Both the position numbers and the translations under genes were made by a program. DNA of 63,628 bases from Octopus bimaculoides (Eukaryota): contig NC_068982.1 in assembly GCF_001194135.2 (NCBI RefSeq), positions 75,011,518 to 75,075,145 on the forward strand, read 5' to 3'. The notes beneath the pieces are model-generated. The model was given only the letters and a program-made list of their open reading frames with translations. It had not been told where the DNA came from and ran no database searches. Below, one piece after another: positions 28,607 to 39,690 of this stretch; within the stretch, counting starts at the first letter, position 1; every line of letters starts with the position of its first letter.

Positions 28607-29255
28607 GTTTAATGTTTGCTTTCAATGATGGCATGGGTTGGACAGTTTGACTGAGGAGTGACAAGCCAGGAGGCTGCACCAGGCTCCAATCTGATCTGAT
28701 AAAGTTTCTACAGTCGGATACCTTTCCTAACGCCAACCACTCAGAGAGGGTAGTGGTTGTTTTTTACATCCCACACCAGCACGGGTGCCAGTCAGGTGGA
28801 ACTGGCATCGACCACACTCAAATGGTGCTTTTTATGTGCCACCTGCATGGGTGCCAGTCATCCGGCACTGGCATCAGCCACAACTATGATTTCACTTGGC
28901 TCAACAGGTCTTCTCAAGCACATGATTGAAGGGGTACTTTTAAACAGGCCAATTATGTGACACTGGCATCAGCCACGGCTATGATCTCACTTGGTTTGAT
29001 GGTCTTCTCAAGCACAGCCTATTTCCAAAGGTCTTGGTCACTTGTCATTGCACACCACATCTGATGCTTCTTATGTCCAACTTTTCTCTCAGGGTGCTTA
29101 CACTCTGTTGTGTATGCACACTGACATTACACTTCCAGCGGAGCATACAAGCTTAATTTCTTTCAAGCCTACGCATGTCCCTAGCAGTCACAGCCCATGT
29201 TTCACTGCCGTGTAGCAATGTTGTTTGCACACAGGCATCATATAGTCTACCTTAC
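28572..29255 (-). mobile_element. RTE LINE 3' portion (ORF2 end plus 3'UTR, (GAT)n tail)
   Basis: 29040-29255 matches 4400-4570. 28572-29040 matches the shared 3'UTR ending in (ATC)n on the + strand. Confidence 0.8.
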
Positions 29256-29281
29256 ACTATATATATATATTCGTGTTCGTG

Positions 29282-29324
<43 letters not shown>

Positions 29325-29326
<2 letters not shown>

Positions 29327-29530
29327 GGTATTCACCATGATAGATCGCTAACCACTACACACATTTTTTTTCTCTCCTCGTTTCTCGTTTCTTTCTGTGT
29401 TTCTTTCTGTAGAAGAGCATAGGCTTGAAACATTAAAGACTTTTTCAATTCCCAAGCGTTATACTAATACATCTGTTTGTTTTTTACACTACCTGTCTTC
29501 GTCTTTTGTTTTTTTGTGAATTCTCCCTAT
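29325..29530 (+). mobile_element. Penelope-like tail fragment with a degenerate hammerhead
   Basis: TCTTT-CTGTAGA-A-GAGC-ATAG-GCTT-GAAAC-ATT-AAAGA (29402-29439). Confidence 0.6.
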
Positions 29531-29704
29531 ATATGTATGTATGCATACATATACATTCCTTTATTCTTTTACTTGTTTCAGTCATTTGACTGTGGCCATG
29601 CTGGAGCACTGCCTTAAAAGGATTTTTTAGTTACAAGGATGTAAACACACCATCATCAGTTGTCAAACAATAGTGGGAGGACAAACAGACACAATGATAC
29701 ACAC

Positions 29705-29769
<65 letters not shown>

Positions 29770-30964
29770 CACACACACATACATACATACAATGGGCTTC
29801 TTTCAGTTTCCGTTTTCTAAATCCACTCACAATGTTCTGGTCAGCTTGAGTAGAAGGCACTTGACCAAGGTGTCCATGCAGTGGGACTGAACCCGGAACC
29901 ATGTTGTTGAGAAGCAAGTTTCTTACCACACTGCTACGCCTGATGCATACATATATATCATTAGCTCCCATTGTGAATAACATGTGAGCCTTCAATAACA
30001 GTCATGCAGGTGTGTAACGCAGACTATGAACATCCAGCAACATCCTTTACCTGTTGTACTTGCACCTGACTTTATTTACACAGAATCTGTTCCAAAAAGG
30101 AATAAGTTTGTGAAGAGATTGCTCCAACCCTCACTATCTCACCCTCTTATATATACGCTCACTAAACTGTCACACAGTGTGATGCACATCAGACACAAAA
30201 AGATGCATGCTAACAAAGGTAGGGATGCAAAACCCAGCAGTTTCACAACATATGTGAAAGCTCTCCTTGCTGCTGAAGAAGATGTAGTAGTGGTGGTGGT
30301 GGTGGTGGTGGTGGTGGTGGTGGTGGTGGTGGTAGTACTAGTAGTAGTAGTAGTAGCACCAGCAGCAGCAGCAGCTGAAAATGCTGGTAGCAATGATAAC
30401 AATGGTGATGATGATGATCATCATCATCATAATCATCATCATTATTTAACATCCATTTTCCATGATGGCTTGGATAGGATAGTTTGACAGGAGCTGGCAA
30501 GCTAGAGAGCGCTCCAGGTTCCCTTGTCTACTTTGGTATGGTTTCTACAGCTGGATACCCTTCCTAACACCAGCCATTTTACAGATTGTACTGTGACACC
30601 ACTGGTGCTTTTTACATGGCACCAGCACCAGTAGGGTCACCAAGTAACTTTCAAGACAAAGACATCTCAGCTAAGAGAAGGAGTGGTATTGAGGGAAGTA
30701 GCTTTGTACCAGTTGAGAGGTTTAAGTATAATAGAGGGATAGAGATAGGTGTCTTACTATAGAGGAGATACATGGCTACTCCAGTAGAAAAGAGAAGGAG
30801 AGGAAGGAGAGATAGAGTTAGAGAGAAAGATAGTGAGTCAGACAGAGTGAGAGAGAATGAGAAATAGATGATGTTGGAGATGTACTGCAACCTGCCCACA
30901 GAGCATTGTGGAGATGTTTCATAAGCATGTTAGATGATTACTACTACTACTACTACTACTACTA

Positions 30965-31926
30965 CAAAAGCAGCAAGCTGTCAGAATTGCTAGCACATCA
31001 GACAAAATGCTTAGTGGCATCTCTTCTGTCTCTATGTTTTGAGTTCAAATTCTGCCATGGTTGACTTTGCCTTTCATTCTTTTAGGGTTGATAAACTAAG
31101 TCAATGTAATCAATTTACACCCACCTCCAAAATTGCTGGCCTCATGCCAAACTTTGAAATCATTATTATTATTATGATTATTATTATTATTAAGGCAGCT
31201 AGATGGCAGAATCATTAGCACACCAGCTTAGTGGCATTTCGTCAATCTTAACATCCTGAGTTTGTCTTCGCCTTTCATTCTTTCGAATGTCAATAAAATA
31301 ATTACCAGTCTACTAACGATTCCAGTGTGCTAACGATTCCATTAACAACCTTGCCTGGACTTGTACCTCGGAAGATAACTTTCTAGGTGCAATATCGTGG
31401 TCATTCTTGACTGAAGGGGGTCTTTACCCTTTTTCTAGTATTAAGGTGGCAAGCTGACTGAATTGTCAGCATGTTGGACAACATAATAGGTGGCATTTTT
31501 CCTGGCTTTACATTCTGAGTTCAAATTCTGCAAAAACTGACTTTTTCTCTCATCTTTTTGGGGTGGGATGGGGGGAGGGGTCAATGAAATAAGTACCAGT
31601 TGAGTACTGAGATCAATGTAATCAATTAGCCCCTTGAGCACAGAGATCAATGTAACAAACAAGGCCCTTCCTCCAAAATTTCAGGCCTTGTACCTATAAC
31701 AGAAAGGAATCGTTAGCACACTGGATGAAATGCTTAGACCGCTAAGCATTTCGCCCATTATTACATTCTGAGTTCAAATTCCACTGAGGTTGACTTTGCC
31801 TTTCAGCCTTTTGGGGGCTGATAGACCAAGTACCAGTGAAACACTGGGGTCGATGTAATTGACTTATCCCCTCTCCAAAAATGGCTGCCCTTGTGATAAA
31901 ATTTGAAACCATTATTATTATTATTA

Positions 31927-31965
<39 letters not shown>

Positions 31966-32560
31966 GAATGCTCAAAACCGGGCAAGATGGTGAGATGGTG
32001 TGAGGGCGGTTGCTATGGCAACGAGGTAGATCCAGCCACCACCATTAATGGGTTCAAAACCCAGATTCAAAATGATGGATGATGATGAAGATGGTGAGCT
32101 AGCAGAATCATTAGCATGCTGGACAAAATGCTTGGCAACATTTCATCAATCTTCACATTCTGAGTTCAAATTCCACCGAGGTCAACTTTGCCTTTCATGC
32201 TTTCAGGGTCGATAAATTAAGTACCAGTAGAGTACTGGGGGGTCAATGTAATCGACTTAATCCATTCCCCCAAATTTGAGGCCTTGTGCTTCCAGGAGAA
32301 AGGATTACTATTATTATTATTATTAAGACAACAAGCTGGAAGATTCGTTAGCGTACTGGACAAAATGCTTACCGGTATTTCACCCATTGATATGTTCTGA
32401 GTTCAAATTCCGCCTAAGTCGACTTTATCTTTCATTCTTTTGGGGTCGATAAAATAAGTACCAGTTAAAAACTAGGGTCGATGTAATCAACTCATCCCCA
32501 CCCCCAAAATAGCTGCTCTTGTGGCAAAATTTGAAATCATTATTATTATTATTATTATTG
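30965..32560 (+). mobile_element. Head-to-tail cluster of about six family C SINE copies separated by (ATT)n tails
   Basis: Repeated GGCGAGCTGGCAGAATCGTTAGC...TTCTGAGTTCAAATTC...GATAAAATAAGTACCAG units. Confidence 0.85.
32009..32022. promoter_or_regulatory. RFX X-box GTTGCTATGGCAAC
   Basis: One mismatch from the palindromic consensus GTTGCCATGGCAAC, inside a short unique segment between SINE copies. Confidence 0.55.
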
Positions 32561-34093
32561 TTCACACATACAAATAAATACTTAAAAGCGGATATTTTAC
32601 TTTCCTGGTTATTCATTTACTTCTGGGATTTTTTGTTTTGTTTTGGGTTCCTTTTTTTTTTGTTTATTTGTTTTTAACCTTTTACACCTTTGCTTCATTT
32701 GCATAATGGTTAATGGCAGCAATATTGCATATTAAGTTGCCAGTCAGTTTTGATCTGTTTCTTCCATCACTTCCTCCAATTTCACCAAAGCACTACACAG
32801 ACACACAAAAACACCACAGGGTCAAAGGTCAGCCCACCTCTCTCTCTTGCTTTCTCATGTACAAACACATACAACTACTCATATATATATACATATATAT
32901 ATATACACACACACACACATACATACCTACATACATACACATGCTTACATATATATATATGCATTATATACATCATATGCCTTAAACTGCCAGAATGATG
33001 CCTGTAGCTATTTATCTTGATCTCCCAACTAATAATTCATTGATGAAGCTAGATCTCCCATTAATATTGAAAAGGCAATACAATAACTACAAGAACAACA
33101 TCAACATGTTTCTCAGCTAAATCAATTAGCCTATAAATTGCCTTGCTCTCCACGTTAGGCCCCTGAATTGATTTCCTAAGTCTTCTATCTACTTATAGAA
33201 ATTTCTAGAACCAAACAGAAGCAAAGAAAACCTCTCTCTCTCTCTCTCATACATACACACACATGCATGCACACACACACACACACATGTATTTCCCTTT
33301 CTATTTATTATTTATTTTTGTTTGATATTCAAAGATGCTATGGTCAAGTTTAAAAGCTACTAAGCCACGAGTTCCAGGATTAAGGGTTTGAAATCCTACA
33401 GAAACAAGGATTGTAACCCCTTGTTCAATGGAACAAGGGATTACAATAATAGGTCACAACAGGTATGGGCAAACCTTTTTCAAGAAGTGGGCTACATGAA
33501 ACATGGCTCATCATCAAGCAGGCCACGCTACTAAAAAAAGTTCAAGATGATTTATCATTAGGCATGTTATTCAGTAAGTCCTGTGAGCTGTGTGTGGTTA
33601 CAAGTTTAATCCTGGCTGTCAGACAAGTTCAACCCTTTTGATACCAACCTGCTTGTGATCTCTCTTGATTTTATGATATAAACTTCATGCTTTAAAGTGT
33701 TCTCAGTTAGAACTTCTCATCAAAATTCAATGTTAATTTATGTTCCAAAGACAAGCTTAATGAGGACAAAATTATTTTACTAAATTGTTGTTTTCAGAAT
33801 CAATTGAAACAAAAGCAGTGTGTTTCAACAGAAATATGGGTGGATTTTATGTGCTGATGCCACATAAAAAGCACCCAGTACACTCTGTAAAGTGGTTGGC
33901 ATTAGAAAGGGCATTTAGCCATAGAAACCATGCCATAGCAGACAATGGAGCCTGGTGCAGATCTATAGCTTACCAGCACCTGTCAAACCATCCAACCCAT
34001 GCCAACATGGAAGACGGACATTAAATAATAACTTGCTCTTTTCACTGTACACGTACAAGGCCTGTCTACAACACATCTAAAATACATTTTCAT

Positions 34094-34454
34094 TGTTGTT
34101 GGCACTCCATCGCTTACGACGTCGAGGGTTCCAGTTGATCCGATCAACGGAACAGCCTGCTCGTAAAATTAACGTGCAAGTGGCTGAGCACTCCACAGAC
34201 ACGTGTATCCTTTACGTAGTTCTCAGGGATATTCAGCGTGACAAGGCTGACCCTTTGAATTACAGGCACAACAGAAACAAGTAGTAAGAGTGAGAGAAAG
34301 TTGTGGTCAAAGAGTACAGCAGGGTTCACCACCATCCCCTGCCGGAGCCTCGTGGAGCTTAAGGTGTTTTCGCTCAATAAACACTCACAATGCCCGGTCT
34401 GGGAATCGAAACCGCGATCCTATGACCGCGAGTCCGCTGCCCTAAGCACTGGGC
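34094..34454 (-). mobile_element. SINE family B copy
   Basis: Near-identical to 5829-6212. CATTTTCAT duplicated at the flanks. Confidence 0.9.
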
Positions 34455-35022
34455 CATTTTCATACACAGATGACATCGCACATTGTCTTCTAGACACAAC
34501 TGCACATGACTATTCCAATGCTACATAAATCCCCTAAAAACTTGGCTTTACCACAGCAACCAACATAAAATAACACCAAATTTATGGTCACCTTTCTCAC
34601 CAGCAACACCAGGGAACAGTAAATACAACTAATGATCACACTTGATGTAGAGCAGAAGGACAAAGTCTCACACTGTCTCAATTTTCAGTAGGCAAACAGA
34701 CCACAGCAGTTATATGATAAGAAGCAGTTATTTGATAAGAATGCTTAAACACAGACTTTACACTGTTGACAGTATTTCTCTTCCATGTGTGTGTTTTATA
34801 CTTCTTTAAGCTACAATGATGCGAGAATGATTTAATACAAACATCACATTTATATGGTTGCTCTCCAAAATGATCAACTCTAAACTTGCTTTACAATCAT
34901 GTGGTTTTGGGTTCAGTTCCATGCATGGCACCTTGGGCAAGGCGTCTTTTATTATAACCTCAGACCAACCAATGTTCTGCGAGTGGATTTGGTAGAAGGA
35001 GACTGAAAGAAGCTCGACATGT

Positions 35023-35054
<32 letters not shown>

Positions 35055-35279
35055 TTGTCTGTGTATAACCCCATCACCACCACCATCACTTGATAGTAAG
35101 TGTTGATTTGCTTACACCTCCATAACTTAGCAGTTTTGCAAAAGGGACTGATAGAATAAGTACCTGACTTTAAAAAGTACTAAGGTCACTTTGTATGACT
35201 AAATCCTTTGAGGCAGTGCCCCAGCATAGCCAGAGTCCAATGACTGACACAAATAAAAGTTAAAGGATAAAACATACAC

Positions 35280-35740
35280 TAGTATGTATCTCCTATATGA
35301 ACACTATCCCACGACATACCTGCAATATTTACAACACACACAGAAGACCTAGTAAAGAAAGCAAACCAGTTACTTACAAGTAATCATAGATACCACCACG
35401 TTTGGCCAACAGAAAATAATAACAATGGTTTATAAACAATACACTAGATCTATCATGGGCTATAACTAGTGTTACTTGGACACTGAAACTCACATACCAA
35501 ACCACAAACTCCAGAGAAAGAAAAACTGTGTTTTATGCATCATCACACACAACATCAAATACAACCCAAAATTACACCCAGCAACATAAACATTATATAC
35601 ATACATTAAACAAAAATACATAATGTTGTAGATAACTTGTCTACAACATTCTCATAATACATAGAAGACATAGTAAAGAGAGTAAAAACGATATATAAAC
35701 ATATTTAGAGCAATCATAGCAACATAGGTCAACCTCTCTC
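35280..35740 (+). mobile_element. Decayed I/Jockey-group LINE post-RT fragment
   Basis: Frame-broken VKKANQ...TFGQQK..TMVYKQYxRSIM...C...TQHQIQ-like residues. A second related piece lies at 36025-36520. Confidence 0.5.
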
Positions 35741-36024
35741 AATATTATTCCCCCCACACACACCATCCCAGTCAAGAAGAGGTTCATCTTACAAGTTACT
35801 TGGTGACCCCACTGGTGCTGATATCATGAAAAAAGCACGCAGTATAATCTGTAAAGTGGTTGGTGTTAGAAAGGGTATCCAGTTGTAGGAACCATGCCAA
35901 TGCTTGGTAGAGCATGGCACAGTGCTCTGGTTTGCCAGCTCTTGTCAAACTGTCCAACCCATGCCAGCATGGAATATGAATATTAAATGATGATAATGAT
36001 GATGATGATGTGTAAACAATACAT

Positions 36025-36520
36025 TACATCTATTACAGACAGTGTTAGACCTACATGGGTCTCCAATCTCCCACAACAAACTACAATGAACTAAAAAGAA
36101 CACAAAGCAGATCCTAACAAGTTGTACACAAACTACACCCACAGAACAAGACAAAACATACTAAAAATGTCCAGATGAACATGTAAGGCACACAGGTTCT
36201 GTTGCTGGAGCAAGCTTCAGCAGCCACTGTCAGTGTTACTTTATAAAAAACCACTTCCAAAAACCCCGACACAACAACCTAGAGCACAACTATAACATTA
36301 TAAGACTTCTTTCACATCTACACAGCTTGCACATGCTTAAGGAATACACACTTATCAAAATACTTGCAGTATCAATAGCTTCACAGATCCCCAAATTGTG
36401 TTGGAATGAATAAACACCAAGAGAGAAGCAGTGAGTGTCATACTCTGAGTCCATCTGGCCCATCACAGAGGACACTACAAGAATCTGTGGGCACACAAAA
36501 GTAGACAGGACAATAGAGAG
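36025..36520 (+). mobile_element. Second decayed I/Jockey-group LINE fragment
   Basis: SVLDxHGS...NYNEL.RTQ..ILTSCTQTTPTE-like residues, parallel to 35450-35600. Confidence 0.45.
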
Positions 36521-36529
36521 AGTGTAACA

Positions 36530-36890
36530 CAGTGATTCTCAACCGTTTTTAACCTATGGACCCCTTCGATTACCTATAGCTCCAACAACTAGTTAATGCT
36601 TGAAAACTAGTTTTATAGACACTTCTTTCAAAATTCCTATTTTGTTTTTCACATGTTCACTTGTGTAGATTTGCAGTAGTACTCTCTTAGGGGGCATGTT
36701 TCAATTACTGGAAACATGTTGAACTGTGTAAAGCATTAAAGAAAGAAACTAGTAAATTTTTTTTTTTTTTTGTAATAAATACATCTAAAGCAAAATTTTT
36801 TCCATTAACACCTAAAATACTACCATGGACCCCCAAAAAATCTTATATTGACCCCCAAGGAGTCATATGGACCCTAGCTGAGAACCACTG
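36530..36890. mobile_element. hAT-type MITE with 8-bp TSD
   Basis: TIRs CAGTGATTCTCAAC / GCTGAGAACCACTG. TSD GTGTAACA (36522-36529) / GTGAAACA (36891-36898). Confidence 0.85.
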
Positions 36891-36911
36891 GTGAAACATG
36901 TTAAAACTGTC

Positions 36912-37033
36912 ACCCCCTACTCTGTATAATTCATTCTTACATGTCGAACTTTACAACAAGGTAAAACTGAAAACCCCCTACTCTGTATAATTCATTCTTA
37001 CATGTCGAACTTTACAACAAGGTAAAACTGAAA
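36912..37033 (+). repeat. Perfect 61-bp tandem duplication
   Basis: 36912-36972 equals 36973-37033. Confidence 0.95.
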
Positions 37034-39224
37034 AGAAGACTTGTGGGTCACACCAAGTTATTTTGTCAATTATCTGTGTATCATAGGACTACTCAGTCAG
37101 AATTGACATGGAGCTACACAACAACAACAACAAACAGAAAGCCAGGCAATTTTTGAATTGTACATACATGTTTTCACATACTTCCAATCACAAACCCTAG
37201 GAATGTCCTTCCAATACAGACAACTGACTTCATGATAACTCAATGGAAAGTTAGGGCTGCTATTCAGAATTATGACAAGTGTAACATCACTGGTATGACA
37301 GTGTAGCAAGTCATAAAAGGCGGCAATATGACGTAATGGTCATTTGCCCAAACAAGCATAATTGTTGGTAACCCCATTGGTTAAAATTACTGCCCATATA
37401 CGAATTCTAAACTTTTGTCAAAGAAATCTTTCATGAAATACAGTTCTTAGAATTCGGATATGAGCAGTTATAAAAACCCTGATTTTGGGGAAATTACTCA
37501 GTGTTCGTAGGATGTTACTAAACTCCATGACACTCACAATAGTGATAGTTGGATGTACTCCATGACACTCACATTGAGATATTGGCTATTTTTTATGCCA
37601 TGTCTATGATAAAAATCCAACATGACTTATTTGAATTGTTGTGAACTCTAGTAGTTAGTATGAAGGATTAGCTAGTGTGAATTTTAAGTCATAATTCTCT
37701 ATGACAAAATGACTACTTTCCAATTGTACTATAAATGTTAACTGTACATAAATAAACTAATGTAGTAATTATTTTCTCTTTCTTCGTGTTCTTCAACTCG
37801 TTTGGTTACTGGCTATAAAAACAGTGATGCTTGTTTACAACTACCATGCAATGCCAAGACAAAGAGACAGAAATACACCCGCCTATGATGCATGGACATG
37901 CACACACACACAACAAATTTCTTTCAGTTTCCAGCAACCAAATCCGCTCACAAGATTTTGGTTAGCATGGGACTATAGAAGAAGAGACTTGTCAAGGTGC
38001 AGTGCAATGGGATTGAACCTGCAACTGTGTGGTCAAAACAAGCTTTTTAACCACACAACCACTCCAACACTTCTATATGTGTGTGTATATGCGCATGTGT
38101 GCGTGTATGTGTGTATTGGTTTCAAATTTTGGCACTCGACCAGCAAGTTTGTGGAAATTAATTACATACTCAACCGATACTTATTTTATCGACCCTGAAA
38201 GGATAAAAAGCAAAATCAACCTCACCAGAAATTGAACTAAGGAAGTAAAGTTAGACAAAATGCCGCTTAGAATTTTGCCCAGCACAGTAAGGATTCTGCA
38301 AGCTCACCACCTTATGTGTGTGTGTGTGCATATATTATTTCAAACATGTGGTCTCTGTTTAATTATACATGCACCTGCAGTGACATTCACCTGGGATGGA
38401 TTGAACCAGATCTGACCAATAAGCTCACTACGACCCTCACAAACACTGACTACATTTAACAGTTGACCCTAACATTCCAACAGGCCCAAAAGTCTAGTTT
38501 GCAAATCTGACAAATGCCGCACAAGGAGAACATGTGTGTTGGATAGTGCAGATGCTGTAGCTGTAATCATCAATTGTTGTTGAGGTGTTGGGTTCATGTG
38601 GAGGTGTGTGATTAGGGTATTGGACTCATGATCATAAGATTGTGGTTTCGATTCTTGGACCAGGCAAAACACTTCGTTTCATGTTGCCCAAGTCCACTCA
38701 GCTGGTAAAAATGCGTAATCCTATGACAGACCAGCGTCCCCTCCATGTGCAGAATATATATGCCATGAAACCTTGTCAGTCAGCACAACACAAGAAGGTA
38801 ACTTTACTAACTGTTGCGTTCATGTTCTGAGTTTCACTGGGAATACAAGTTCACGTGTGGTCCCCAGTCACATGCATACACACGTTGGGGTAGTGTGATC
38901 TGTAGCAGCTCACCTTGCTGCCGATTGCCAACCATCACAGAGGATTCACAGATCAAATCTCTGATTATTGCAGTAACCATTGCCAGTACTTGAAGCAGGT
39001 GGTACACATGCAAGTTAACCTATAGCTGGGACGCTAATAAGTGCTGGTACTTTCAGTCAGAATAGGCCTGGAAACAATAGTGGCTAAGAGGGAATTCCAC
39101 ACTCCTCAAAACCATGGAACTCTCGTATCAAGGCCTCACTACCAGATGCAATTTAAAGTCTTACCCAACCACCAGTATATAAAAACATGCACCGTTGCAT
39201 AACAAATAGTACCATATATGTATA

Positions 39225-39690
39225 CAGTAGAGCACACTTCTATTGCATTTAATTTTTCTTAGAACCATTTTTTTTTTTTTTTTTGCTTTTCTGAAAACCT
39301 GTAATTCGTCCAGCACGAGCTAAAATCGCTCAAATCTTAACAACAAAAATATATTTTTTTAAAATTTGTTTCGTTAATTCATAAAATATAAATAAATTTC
39401 TGGTACTACTAAAGCAGCGCGGACCCGAACGCGCAGTCGCGCGTCCGCGCTAGCTAGTCGTGAGTGGTCGATCCTAACCCTGTCCCTAACCCTAACCCGC
39501 GTGTGCAAATGAATACACGTATTCATTTGCACACGCGGGTTAGGGTTAGGGACAGGGTTAGGGTTAGGGTTAGGATCGACCACTCACGACTAGCTAGCGC
39601 GGACGCGCGACTGCGCGTTCGGGTCCGCGCTGCTTTAGTAGTACCTAAATTTCTGGCCTCAGTAGCTTCTGAGATACTGGGGTGGCCCTG
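39225..39690. mobile_element. Older Tc1/mariner-like MITE that hosts the telomeric palindrome
   Basis: Ends TACAGT... and ...GGGGTGGCCCTGAATA. Continuous once the insert and one TSD are removed. Family call is weak. Confidence 0.3.
39402..39645. mobile_element. Palindromic MITE containing telomeric repeats, 9-bp TSD; Merlin-like (GGTAC terminus), Mutator not excluded
   Basis: Arms 39402-39516 and 39519-39645 are exact reverse complements apart from two extra GGGTTA units. 2-nt loop. TAAATTTCT duplicated at 39393-39401 and 39646-39654. Confidence 0.9.

Noticed and set aside
37390-37467. 21-bp inverted repeat (2 mismatches) with a 36-nt spacer
   Set aside because: Most likely the inner part of an old MITE; no termini or TSD found.
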